A DNA stretch of 62,763 nucleotides, filler included, from Choristocarpus tenellus KU-1152 (taxonomy: Eukaryota > Protista > Phaeophyceae), in assembly GCA_964200185.2 (NCBI GenBank). It is 15 parts of 15 records of this genome, joined end to end, with 100 filler letters (N's around TTAATTAATTAA, not from the genome) between each part and the next. Parts side by side here need not be neighbours in the genome. Positions count along the whole stretch, not along the records: positions 14,488 to 17,097 come from CAXNAD020026295.1; positions 17,198 to 21,980 come from CAXNAD020013074.1; positions 22,081 to 24,787 come from CAXNAD020025449.1; positions 24,888 to 30,292 come from CAXNAD020010891.1; 11 more parts are not named here. The stretch is one strand, 5' to 3'. The notes beneath the pieces were generated by a model. It made no database searches, was not told the origin of the DNA, and worked only from the letters and a program-made list of their open reading frames with translations. Positions 14,388 to 26,580 of this stretch are shown piece by piece. Numbering within the stretch: the first letter of the stretch is position 1; each line of letters begins with the position of its first letter. Both the position numbers and the translations under genes were made by a program.

Positions 14388-14487
14388 NNNNNNNNNNNNN
14401 NNNNNNNNNNNNNNNNNNNNNNNNNNNNNNNTTAATTAATTAANNNNNNNNNNNNNNNNNNNNNNNNNNNNNNNNNNNNNNNNNNNN
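14388..14487. other. Artificial contig linker
   Basis: 44 N + TTAATTAATTAA + 44 N. Confidence 0.98.
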
Positions 14488-14506
14488 CTCCCAGATACTT
14501 TGGGTC
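14488..14506. mobile_element. MITE terminus (CAAAGTATCT family) at contig start
   Basis: CTCCCAGATACTTTGGGTC = reverse complement of GACCCAAAGTATCTGGGAG. Confidence 0.7.
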
Positions 14507-15809
14507 ACTCTGTCCCATCGTTATGCGCAAGAAGAATCATGTCCTGGTGACATCTTAGATGGTTATCAGTGCCTGCGAGAGGGCGCCCCCCCCCCTCGTC
14601 TTGTACATTATAAGCAGGGGATGATCTTCCACAACCAAGCCTACCTTCAACTCCATAAGAGCCCCTGAATGAAGAGAAGGCGGGAGCGAGCGCGTGGGTA
14701 GATGGCATGCGTTAAACTTGACAGTGACAGCACACAAGTACGGTGTCGTTGAGCTTCATGAAATCGCATACCACTAACATGATAATAGTACAACGAGGGT
14801 GGAACGCAAGTCAAATAACAAATGCAAAAATGCAAACAATAGGAAATTCTTTAATAGAAGGAAAGATGGCAAAGAAAAGTAGTGAAGACAAGTAACACCA
14901 GCATGCGATTCGCGGACAATCAAACAAAGAACTACGAAGGACCCGGGGGGGAAGAGCAAAAGAGACAAAAGGAAATACAAGGTACGAAGAAGATGAAACA
15001 ACATGGGGAAAGCGAAAAACAAAGGCATACGACAGTATCCGCATCTCTTGAACGGCCACCACCGTTTCCGATCGACACACGGGCGGACTGATAACGGTCA
15101 TGGCGGATTGCAATAATCTCCCGTAATACACTCCATATTTCAGCGCTGGCGAACTCTGCAACTCACCGTGTAGGTGATGTAATTGCACGGCCCACGAGTG
15201 GGGCACAAATAGCGCGATGGTGCCCTGAGGATGTATATCTTCACCTGCAAGCACTTCATCACCTGGTGCAAGTGGGTGTTGGTCGCCTCTTCGTCGTTGA
15301 GAGTCTTGGCTTGGCAGCGATGGACACTTTGGCGAGCTTTGGCGCATTGCAGAAGGAAAACCCTTTCGGGCCGTCTAAGGGTAGCGTCGGGTCGAGAGGG
15401 CGAAGGTCGTGTAGCGCAGTGTTCTCAGCCCTAGTTGGACATCATGACACATGACACAGTACACAGACAGCACGACAAAAGGACAGCATTGTTAAACAAC
15501 AGTTCAGGCAATTGTATCAATAAGTGAGGATCTGATCATATTTTCCCGGCATCCCCAAAATGTTAAGCCGTACCCTCCACAACGCCAGACCCATCAGATA
15601 GATCTCGTGGAAGGAGGGGAGACGTCAAACAGGTAAGTTCCATGGCCCATGGAAACCTCCAAAAAAACGCCATACCGAGCACACAAAGGACGAGCAACCC
15701 ACATGATGTACAACCAGCCAAGACCCACGTGCAAACCAACGCGAAACCGAACACGCAGAGACAACTTGTACGTCCGTATAATGTGCAACCACGCCGAGAC
15801 CCACATGCA

Positions 15810-16810
15810 CTTCTCCATGTCCGCCGTTTCGCTGCGTGAAGGGGGACGTAAAAGGCTTTGCCTGCTGGGCGACCTGCCCGCGCTCCTTGTGTTACATTTA
15901 CCCTTACCCTTGCCCCTGTCCCGACCCGCCGCTGTGTTCCCCATCGATCCAGTCCCTTCACTGCCCTCCTGTGCCATGGGGCAATTGATACACAATCGAT
16001 CCTTGTGCCTCTTGTCGCTCACAATCTCCACGTTGGCACACTCGCCCATGTGCGTGATGGAGCACTTTGGGCAGGAATACCTGCCACGTGTGGCATCGAA
16101 CGAGGGCGCCAAGCAGACAGAAGCATTTTTCCAAATCATTAATTGGGCGCAACAACACAATGCGGGGATCCACGGCTACCAAGGACCACGAAATTGGCGG
16201 CACAAAACAATACGAAGTACAGGTGAGATACAACAGTCGGTTGAGACATGCACTGACACACTCGGGCTGTGGCAAACAAAGAGACCTGGGGGTAGTGACT
16301 GCAGCGCCACACACAGAGGGACCCTGCGAGATCCACCGGTGTGGTGGTGTGCATTGCTGAAGCAAGACAACTTAGTTAGCCGTTCGGGCGATTGGATGAA
16401 AACCAATCTTACACCATTATTTGCCCGCCATCCACGTGTGCACCATTACAACTACATTACTCACCGAGCCATAGGTAGAGGATTACATTCAATACAGCAG
16501 ACGCCCGCATTCCACCCTCCATGGCCGTTTTATTCTTCTTCCGCACCAGGAACGCTGTCGACAGAACCCCCCTCGCCCGTATCCTCCCTGCCTGACAGTC
16601 CGTCCCCTCCTTTGTGTTCATCCCCTCCCTCGTCTTCTTTCTTACCGCCATCTGATGCTGATCCGTTTTTGCTCTCAATGTCTGCGCCGCTGCCATCACC
16701 GCCCCGCTCGCTGTGAACCTGATGGAGGTTGACCTGGTTGAGGACATCCTGGTATTTCCCATCCCAGGTGGTGAGGTAAGCGCGTAGCATCGGGTCTTTC
16801 TCGAGAATCT
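15810..16810 (-). pseudogene. Disrupted coding region with a Cys/His (PHD-like) cluster, possibly transposon-derived
   Basis: ILEKDPMLRAYLTTWDGKY, then an acidic linker with an in-frame TAA (EEE-stop-NGHGGW). A downstream segment reads YSCPKCSITHMGEC...RLCINC. GC-rich and coding-like. Confidence 0.3.
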
Positions 16811-17097
16811 GGTGGTGGGCACGGCGGAGAACGTTGTTGGGGAGAGGAGGGGACGATGGTGACGTCAATAATGGGAGAGTGCAATGGAAGAATGATAGCA
16901 TGTCAATCGAACAGAGCAAGCGATACGGTTGACGTGGTGAACGTGTCTAATGGAGGCGACTTGCGGGGATAAATAGTTTGAAAGAGTCATTGTCGAGGAC
17001 GCCAGCCTGTCTGTAGGTTACAACAGTGACACGTGTTGGAGGCGGGAACAAGGTAGAGATTGGCCAAGATCTTGCCCAGAGCTGAAGGCAATGGTTG

Positions 17098-17197
17098 NNN
17101 NNNNNNNNNNNNNNNNNNNNNNNNNNNNNNNNNNNNNNNNNTTAATTAATTAANNNNNNNNNNNNNNNNNNNNNNNNNNNNNNNNNNNNNNNNNNNN
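17098..17197. other. Artificial contig linker
   Basis: 44 N + TTAATTAATTAA + 44 N. Confidence 0.98.
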
Positions 17198-17338
17198 CCT
17201 CTTCCCCAACTTACGTCTACCTTTGCTTCCCCCCTCCACCTCTTGTAAGGCCCCCCCCCCCCCCTCCCTTCCCAAATATTGAGCACATACCACACACAAC
17301 ACACACAACACACATCCTACCCTTGCTGACTCTTTCAG

Positions 17339-20181
17339 GACTAAAGCGGGCTGACTTCTACAACCGAGTGGTGGACAGGTCTGAACGACCACATCTTGAT
17401 CCGGACTGGCCCCTACAGATTCAGAAGCTGCTGACACAATGTTGGTCGAATGGAGTGGATGAGCGTCTAAGCTTCAGGGAGGTGACTGCCATTCTGCAGG
17501 TACAACTTCCTATATATATGTATGCAATCTATGCATTGAGTGGCAGTGTGGTGGGAATAATTATTCTTAGAGTGTTTGCTGTAGTGCCTACAGTTTTTTT
17601 TAATTTTAATATATATATTTTTAATGAAATGGGATGGAACAAAACTGAGCATGAGTGGGTTTCGATTTTCGATGAGATGGATAGATAGATAGATAGACAC
17701 AGTGAGTTTATTTTTTTCTTGGAAAAGGTGTGACCTGATTGGGTTAGGGTTAGGATTTAAAAAAGATGCTTACACAGGTTAGGGTTAGGGTTTAAAAAGA
17801 TAAAAAAATATTCTTACACAGGTTTGTTCTTGTTCATCAGGAGGTCAAAGAGTACACTATTTCAGCAGGAGGCGTCTATGAGTCGCACTCCTGTTTTTTC
17901 TTTTTTTTGTAGTAATAGTGGGTTAGGGGATGACATTGAAAATTAGTGTAGCATCACTGACTGACTCTCAGCTTGGAAATTAGCTTGGAAATTTCCTTGT
18001 GGTAGCAGGTGGTACCGTTTCATCTGTTGTCAATTTTGTGGATTTGAAATAGTTTGATGTGGGATTTGTGATAGAATGATAGAATGATAGAATGATAGAG
18101 GGAGAGATAGAGGAGTTGGTTGTTATGGTACATGTGCTAACAGGTTCTAATCCCTGTGATGTATGCCTAGTTAATGTCCGACCACGGAATTGTATCTATT
18201 AATACAAACCTTTCACTCGACCTTAAAATGATAAATGGTGATCACATTGTGTTGGCTCAGATGCAGTAATCTTTCTTTTTTGGGGGGGGAGGGGTTGGTT
18301 GGTTTGTTGTGGACCAATGGAGGATGTAGAGTTTGACTTCTCATTGTTAATAATGCCTGTTACATACTGTTGCATTACAACGCTGGACAGGACTTCTTTA
18401 ATTCTTTTTAAAACGTTACTGTCAGTGGAGTGTGGCAATCTGTGAAAACATGGCATCACAAACATTGTGAGAAAGATGGGTACGCAGTATACTGAAGCCT
18501 TTCCTTACAACGTAGGAAACTTACTTGACTGTCAGCAAGGCATAGAGTAGTTTTTAGATCCCTTCCCTCCCCTTCAGTTGCATTGGTTGTACCTGGCTAT
18601 ATAAAGTTGAATACACCTCTCTTTTTTTTGACAGACACACGAGTATAGCATAGTCACCCCCTGATCTTTTTTTAATTTCTTTGACAAGGACTGCTGGCTG
18701 GCCGGCTGATTGGGAGATTGGTTAGCTGCCTAGTCCTTTTTTGACCCATTTTATTTAATTTTATTTAATATTATATGTTCACTTTAGCTGGCGTTTTCTT
18801 GTGGTGACTGGCAAAAAGCTGTCCACTTCCTAGCTTTTTTTTTTAATGGTGGTTTTGAGTGTGTTTGTGATCTGTACTGTGATCTGTACTGGTGACTGAT
18901 GTATGTACTATTGAAAGAGAAAGTTTTGTAGTAGTAGTAGGTGGTAGGCGTTACGCCAGGGAGAGCGAAACTGTTACAGTTGGCTGTAGTGATTGGGGGT
19001 GTGATGTGATTTGGTGTGTTGCGGGTAGTTGATTTTTAAGAAAAAGGAGGGGGTTCATGTCAAGAATGCAACTCACTCCCCCTCCTCCCCTCCTCCCTTC
19101 ACAATCATCCCGTGTGTGTTGAAGGTGTGTGCTGAGGAGGAAAATATTCGAGAATTTAAGTTGAGAGAGGAAAGAATGAAAACAGGAAAAAAAAATTGGA
19201 CGACTACGGGCACCCGTCCAGACCTTGATGCAATTGTCAACAACCCATCGTACAAGCCCAGGTTTAAGATCTCCACCATGCAGGTATGGGGAAGGGCCGT
19301 GCCCTCCTTGAATGATGGGGCAGAGATGTAGTGATTTTGGATTGTGAGGGACACGTATGTACTGATGGAAACGAAATGTACAGAATTGAAACATGTAGGT
19401 GTTGGTCTTTTTTCGCTTATGTCACCACAACCCTGTGGTAATGCTCACAGGGTTTGGATTGGTTTGATGAGCTCATGCACCCCGAGGTGTGGAACAGTTG
19501 GAGTGGCGTTTAGGCCTCACTCAGCAAGAAACACTGTTGATTCAGTTTGCACGATCAACTGTTGCCCCTCAACCTCTACTCCGTTCTCGTGTTGCAGCAA
19601 ACCAAATATCTACATCTACCTCCAAGTTCGTTTCTTCATATCTTTTTAAGTCTGTTAAGTCTGATGGCCGTGTATTGGGGTTAGTGTAGATTGTTGGCAG
19701 TTGCCATGATCACTTATGATATACCTTCATCAGTCGATTGGTGCATTTGCGTATTCAAAGCATGTATTTGTCCAGCCAAACGTCTCTTCCCCTGCGATTT
19801 TTTGTGTTGCCTTGCCCCCCCTTCCCAACTACATGTCTAGGCCCTCCCTATCCTACCCAACTCTTGTATTTTACACCCCTTAACCCTCAAGGATCAAGCT
19901 TTCTATTCACGATTACATGCTAGTCTCGCCCGCCAACTATATCCATTGGTTGATCTTCACAAGGCAATCAATCCATTAGTAATCCATTAGTAATCCATTA
20001 GTAATCCGTTTCTTGACGTTTTCTTGTCTCGAACACCCCCCCCCCCCCCCCCCATCTCTCCGTTGCGCAGAACACTTCCGACAGAGACCCTTCTGATACC
20101 TTGTTAGTCGATCAGTCCGCTGTCAGTTCTGCAGACCTACAAGCACCAGGGGCCGTACCTCGTCGAGCTACCAAATCTTAG
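17339..20181 (+). CDS. Protein kinase (TKL-like), 3' exons (17339-17499, 19125-19283, 20071-20181)
   Basis: Kinase subdomains X-XI: RVVDRSERPHLDPDWPLQIQKLLTQCWSNGVDERLSFREVTAILQ, bounded by cag| and |gt. Two further phase-0 exons run to TAG (less certain). Confidence 0.75.
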
Positions 20182-21926
20182 GATAGACCATGGTGGAGTG
20201 GGAGTGTAGGGCGGGGAATGTTTCTTGTTTGTTTCCGACCCTCAACCCTTTCCTGGCTCTCTCCTTGGGTTCCTATGCAGCTGTCATGTTTTGTGGTGGA
20301 GTGATGCAGGAAGCATTAGTTTTCGTCATTTTGTGTCCTGGCCTGATGAACACCTTTGGATTTCAGGGGCAAATAGTGACTGCTGGATTGCCACTGACAA
20401 AGGGTTGGGTCATTGTGATGGGTGCATTGTTAATGCCATTGCTGAATGAGGTGGTTTGAGCTTGTAAGGGAGGGGTAATGGGGCTGTGGTGGTCCTATGA
20501 GTTGGGTTTTTTCTTTGCAAGATGCTACACTGATGTGTAATGTTTGGAGCGTCTCTTTGGTTTATTGTTGATGTTGGTTACTTGGAGTGAACGTTTTTCT
20601 ACAGTTCTACTAGAGCAGAGGGATTAGCCACTTGGTTTATTATATGTAGACAGTGACCTATGTGACACATCAACCTGTAATTTTTTTTTACATTGATGAG
20701 GATAAGGAAAAAGATGTATCGTTTGGAAGGGAAGAGAGAGTGACATGTCGCATTTAACACATGTGATCATTAGGCGGTCTGTTGGCACAATTGCGCCGCT
20801 TGGCAGATTGCCAAGTGCTTGCACTCAACAAGTGCTTGCGTGTTGTGTTACTGCTTTTGTTCTTTACTGTATTTGATGTCTGCCAAGTATTGAATGTAGT
20901 GCAGGAGGGACTGCACTGGTAGTGTAAATGCCACGTTACAACATCAAAGCGGGCATATTCACAACAGTTAGATGTGCTAGCCGAAGTCCTTACTAGTGTT
21001 ACGATAGCCGTTGCGCACCCCCCCCTTTCCCCAACAAGGTTTGCAGCTGATATTATTGAGGTTTGATATTCTAAGGAAGGGGCAGGAACCATGATCACCA
21101 CTCAGTTGACAAGTTTATGTAGAGTGATCTGTATTGATCTTTCCATGGCAGGGGACATGCATTAGTGCAGCCAAGATTGGCGGTGTATTTGATGTGGGTA
21201 GCAGCAGGGTGTATGCATTGTTTTGGCTCAATGTGCCATATGGGCTGTTCTGTGGATGTAGACGTACCATACCTGTTGATTTTGTTATTCTGTTTATACA
21301 TGCAGTTTTTGTTGTCAAATAACGCTCTCATCTGGTGATGAGGCTAGGTTGGGGGGTGTCACGAGACGGTTTGACTGATTCGATGTTGAGTAGTTAACCA
21401 TGCACGTAAATAATACGAACCTTTTACAACTAATACGCCAGTTAGCTCAAATCCGTGAGTATGTAAGGCCACAGTTTGTTTGGTGTAGAATACCTACTAC
21501 ACACATCATCGCAGGTCAACAGATATGATAAAGTGACAACAATCTTATTGTTGGTGAGGCAACGGATAATTAATGGGCAGGGAGTAGTAAGTGATAATGA
21601 AACCCAAACAGTACCTTGGTCTTCAAGGGAGTAATGAAGTGGTATCAAGAATGTGGTAATGTTTATGGGGGCATGCAGGCGATGGAGCAAGATACTTCAT
21701 CTTACGGATGTCACTGACATTTTGTTTTCAATGATCATATTATATTAATAGTAGTACTCCACTGATTCCATTCTGAATGGTGAAAAAGGCGTTGAAATAT
21801 TTGTCCAAGACCTAGTGTAGGAGACAACTCAATGCATCTTTTGAGCAGGGCATTCTAATGTAGGCCAAAAATTTCGATCGTGTTTGATGTTGCAGTAAGC
21901 ACTATGAAACTGTTGACTGTAAATAA

Positions 21927-21980
21927 CAGGGATTTCTCAAAATTGAGGATGGTGCAGGACTATGAGGATGGTTGTTTTGC
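21927..21980 (+). mobile_element. Terminus of a second dispersed repeat/MITE family
   Basis: CAGGGATTTCTCAAAATTGAGGATGGTGCAGGACTATGAGGATG matches the reverse complement of 39397-39446. Both copies lie at contig ends. Confidence 0.6.
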
Positions 21981-22080
21981 NNNNNNNNNNNNNNNNNNNN
22001 NNNNNNNNNNNNNNNNNNNNNNNNTTAATTAATTAANNNNNNNNNNNNNNNNNNNNNNNNNNNNNNNNNNNNNNNNNNNN
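21981..22080. other. Artificial contig linker
   Basis: 44 N + TTAATTAATTAA + 44 N. Confidence 0.98.
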
Positions 22081-22130
22081 AAACAGATACCCTGGTGTAG
22101 ACCCCCCCCCCCCCTCAGATACTTTAGGTC
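22081..22130. mobile_element. MITE right end (CAAAGTATCT family, subfamily B)
   Basis: TGGTGTAGAC(C)nTCAGATACTTTAGGTC matches the right end of 29518-29726. Confidence 0.75.
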
Positions 22131-22519
22131 ACAATGGTATCAAGAATAACAACAACAGGTTTATCATACCATTTTGCCGAGATATCTATTGAACAACCAC
22201 GAAGCGATAAACTATGATTGTGCGCAAACACGCTGCATTTTGCCCATTGATATTTCGTAGATCCTGTCATAAAGGGAAAAAGAACAAACGCGAGGTAATA
22301 AGATACAACGCATAACAACAATTGAGTCTGTATTTCTTACAGGAAAGTCCTTCGATACACCAACAAGAGTTGGTTATATTGAACGTGAAACAAAAACTAG
22401 TAATACAGCTACAGCCCAAACTGCTCCTAAACTGGCAGAGCAGGGGTAGTCTAGGAGCAAGAGAAGAGTCCCACTAGTCAGTTAAGCCCCTTCCAGCCCA
22501 CCTACGCAGTTTCTCCAAT

Positions 22520-22960
22520 TTAAGACACATGACACGAAGGCTACATCCACCAGTGGAACCCCTTTTTCCAGTAAGGGGCAGTGACTGCATTGAAGAGTGC
22601 ATCAGTGTATCCATACGGAAATTGCAGTTTATGGTGAAGAGGCTTGCATCCTCCAGGGGGAAGGGAACACCTATCTGGCTGCAGACACTGCCCAGTAGTT
22701 TGACCATCGGCAAGTGATGGCATACTTGTCCTCCAGCCCAGCGGCATATGCATGCATGGACAGTGCCCATACTCTGTCGTCTCGAACTAGTGCCCAAACC
22801 ATGCAATCTACATCTAGCTACGGGGCAGTTGTTGGGTAGTGCCTCCTCTACCCATAAAGAACGATTCGCCATGAGGCAAGATCGTGGGGAAGGATCCGCC
22901 TTATTGATTCAAGGGGTTGATTGGTTGCCCATGCATTGGCCCCTTGACCACACTGACTCC
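22520..22960 (-). mobile_element. Decayed non-LTR retrotransposon C-terminal (Zn-knuckle + RLE-type endonuclease) remnant
   Basis: WVEEALPNNCP...TVHACICRWAGGQVCHHLPMV...IGVPFPLEDASLFTINCNFRMDTL resembles the C..C/HAxxC/H + E..F..RMD layout of RLE-type LINE ends familiar from brown algal genomes (recalled, not searched). Confidence 0.5.
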
Positions 22961-24787
22961 ACAACACCTAGTTTCTGGAGGGATTCTCTTATATTGTGTT
23001 GTTCTGTAGGTCGAAGTAAACAAGAGATACCCAGAATTGCTTGTTAAGGATGCTGACAAATATGCGCAAAAGTCGACTTCTTTTACAAATGTGTGTAAGA
23101 AACTTTGTGAAATATGTCTGAGATTATTCAAAAAACTGATAAATAAACGCTCTTCATCCATAGCAATACGGCCGAATTGCAACCGAAGACAATCTATTGC
23201 CATTCACCCATAAAATTAAATCAGCCTAAGCCTGGGTACCTCCCGTTTACTCTGACTCTGTATATCCGACACTACTCCCACTGACATTTTGCAGATGTTG
23301 TCATGTAGGAGAAAGAAACACAAGGAAAAGTAAACTAGTGTAAGGTCTCAAGAGAACCTGAAAGAAAAAAATGCACATAGAATTCTAAAACTATTGCAAA
23401 ACACAATAGTGAGGATGCATCATACAAACAGACAAGAGTTGCAGTGTATGTGAAACAAGAAAGCTTAGTATTATTATACGCCCTTCAACAAATTGTGGGA
23501 ATTGCTGCGTACAAAAAAACAAGAATATATGAAGGGGAGAAGGCAATAAAACGTAGTAATACCACGACAGAGACTGGAGAAGAGGAAAGATCACGCAAAG
23601 AATGCAACAAACATAACCACAGAATGGACTACTACATCAGATGCCTCCAACTTGTATGTATAACAATGACAAGAAAACAACCAATAGCCCACTCCTAAAC
23701 TGACTCTATGGAGGCGTGCAACAATTTAGGGAAGACTCCATGAATCTGTCAAGCCTCTAAGAGTCTATTGACCTGGAGTCTCTAATTTTCACCACAAGAA
23801 TCTCTTGGAGATTGTCAATTGAGCAGGGACTAAAATATTCTGTCTTAAACGTGATTGTATTGTATTGTATTGCCAGCAGCAGAAAAGCAATGGAGAAAGA
23901 AGCCTAAATGAAGTGGAAATGGTTCAGGAGTATGTCAATCAGTTCCAGCAGCCATCATTAAAATAATTTTTCAACACCCTCGAAAAGACACAAGGGTTCA
24001 ATGGGACCTCCACCAACTCACAACATACTTTGAAACATATTGGAGGGAAAAAAATCAGAGAAGTATACTATAGGTTACCGAAAAAGCAATGTTCAGTACC
24101 AAAGAATTGTGGTCTTAGCAATCTCCGTGTGATGACATGCGATGCAAATACACTTGCTGGAGTGTGGATAAAATAGTTGACCAAGAATGCGTGAGGGACC
24201 ATATTAACTTATCAAAGGAGAACTACATAAACCGCTAGTGACAACAAAAACGGGCACTACAGGGGGAACACCACAACAGAAAAAAATGGGATTTGAAGGA
24301 GTGATATCAAGAGTCCGAAGTGAGAACTAAATCTACTACGGTCAAAAGGTAAGTAAGTAACAAGTGATTCAGCCATGAAAATGTGTAAGAGCTTACGATC
24401 AATCTTCACCGAATGTGTCACCATGTATATGGGTGTCCCCTTGCCACAGCCAACTTTTGAAGTACGACCTTGCTCCACAGTAACCAGACTAAAATTGTGT
24501 GTGACGTGTGCCAAGTTGGGGAGACAGACTTTCCCTTGCTACATACTCCAGCAGGTGCTATAACTGTGTGAAGGACTGTGAACTTTGCTCAAGCGAAAGG
24601 ATTGCACACGGTTTGGAATGGTCACGTGTTACAGGGCATGACATTTTCAGCCTCGTTTGTGTACCATCCTGGCCACATGTTTCCCTTCTTTTCCTGTCCA
24701 AATCTTGGGCTCTACTACTACGCTGACACTGCTTAATCACTTCTCCATGTCCAATACAGCCATTGCCATGGTAAGCTTGAAAGAGCC

Positions 24788-24887
24788 NNNNNNNNNNNNN
24801 NNNNNNNNNNNNNNNNNNNNNNNNNNNNNNNTTAATTAATTAANNNNNNNNNNNNNNNNNNNNNNNNNNNNNNNNNNNNNNNNNNNN
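24788..24887. other. Artificial contig linker
   Basis: 44 N + TTAATTAATTAA + 44 N. Confidence 0.98.
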
Positions 24888-24958
24888 CTAAATCGCGACA
24901 TGAAAAAATGGGCCTCCAATAGACAGCCGCCACCCCCCCCCCCCAGACACTTTGAGCC
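24888..24958 (-). mobile_element. MITE left end (subfamily B), reverse orientation
   Basis: Reverse complement of 29518-29592 (GGCTCAAAGTGTCTGGGG...CCCATTTTTTCATGTCGCGATTT). Confidence 0.8.
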
Positions 24959-25099
24959 TAAATGGTTGTCCACCAAAATTTCAAGAAAAATGGGGCAACA
25001 TAAACCTATCTATGATTCCGCCAAAGCCCTCCAAAACTCCATTCCAGCATGGTATTTCGCTGCATCTACCAGAACATTTTAGGGGAACTTGCTGGCCTC

Positions 25100-25400
25100 C
25101 TCGCCCTTTTCCTTCCTAAGATGGAGAGTTTTGAAGATGTTGTCACCCTTAGACACCAACTCTCCACCGTACACTGCAAAGAGGCTCTTCCAGACGCGCT
25201 CTCTAGTGTCTCCCAGGGTTACACATTGAACGCCTCCATTGTGGCCTTCACCACCTCCTCTGTGTTGGTCACCCCCACGTGTTCTTGCTGGGTGGAATGA
25301 AAGAATCCCAGGCCATTGACCTTGAGGTCAGGTGAAATCGCTGACTGGGTCTCAATGACAATGTCGTCGCCCACTGCCTCCTCCATTGACTCTACAATTC
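25100..25400 (-). pseudogene. Mariner (DD39D) transposase C-terminal fragment
   Basis: IETQSAISPDLKVNGLGFFHS...VKATMEAFNV-stop-PWETL; after a frameshift RVWKSLFAVY...KGDNIFK. Confidence 0.65.
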
Positions 25401-25661
25401 CCCCTTTGGTGTGAGCCAAAGTAAACGAGAGGAAACAAGGTCTTGAGCATTTTGCATTTTAAGCCTGTTTTCAATCTTTGTACTACCTCTGCACCGTACG
25501 TTTGTGCCGCATTGTCCATAACTTTTGAAGATGATGAAATTCATTTCTGAAAGAAGATTTGTAATCCTTGACGAATTTCTGGTTAGGGTCAACTCCTTTT
25601 ATTGTTATCACTCCCCATCCACCACAACTTCATCAGCCACAGAAAAGGCTTCCATGTCTAC

Positions 25662-25990
25662 CTACGGCGTGTTTTCAAGCTTGCAAGACAACTGCCTCTT
25701 CCTTACCCCTGTGTACTCCACACTGAAGTCATTCCCCCCTTTGTATCTAAGTACTTGATTGTACACCACAAAAAGGAGCTGCCAAGCCCTCTCAAGTATG
25801 GTTTCATTGTACTCCTCATACTGTTTCTTAATGAACTTTACCACCTCCTCGACGGACCCAAACCGCTTCCCCATCACCCCGCATTTCAAAGACCTGAAGA
25901 AGCACAGGTCCATGACATTGAGGTCAGGGGAGTTAGATGGCTGCGTCACAAGCCTGATCGACCACACCTCAGTCTTCCCTGTCCCTGAAA
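25662..25990 (-). pseudogene. Mariner (DD39D) transposase C-terminal fragment
   Basis: IRLVTQPSNSPDLNVMDLCFFRSLK...LERAWQLLFVVYNQVLRYKGGNDF. Confidence 0.85.
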
Positions 25991-26580
25991 AAAAGGGTGG
26001 GATGGTCCCTCCTTTTTCAAAAATCTTTAACCATCTTCCTCTTCCTCGCTATCTGAAGGCTACCCATGTACGCACCTTGCTTGGCATCTCAAGGGGGCAG
26101 CTGATCCACACCTCGTCGGCGAAGTCTAGACAGATAACGCAGGAGGGGTTTTCCCCTCAAAATTGTAAGGCCCACCCATATACTGGAATGACGTATGACG
26201 AAACATATCAAATTTCTCACACACGCCTGCACTGGCTCTATTAGTGGTAAACGCCAGTTGGAGGTGCATGTTCAACATAACCCTTCGCTTTCACACTTCT
26301 CGACTAACACCTCAACATAGCAACGCATACGAGTAGAGAGTTCATTGCATTGCGCTGCAAATCCAAGAAGCTTTATTCTCGTGCTGTCTTTACTATTAAA
26401 CTGTCTGACGTGGTGAGGAAGTGGACTTGCAGGTCAAAATATTATCACTGGATCATGTCACATGAAATTGAGAGTCGTTTTGGAATGTTGCGGAAGCATC
26501 CAATTCACAATCTCTACTCTCGTCCCAATCTTTGCACTTCCCTCTGCGTTTATGATACATTTGTATCCTCTTTTAGTAAG

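Noticed and set aside
15649-16716. Longest ORF in the track (355 aa, + strand)
   Set aside because: No recognisable domain. It is the antisense shadow of a GC-rich minus-strand coding-like region.
24423-24520. Kinase-activation-loop-like peptide GCGKGTPIYM|gt on the minus strand
   Set aside because: No DFG/HRD upstream and no APE exon found; may be chance.
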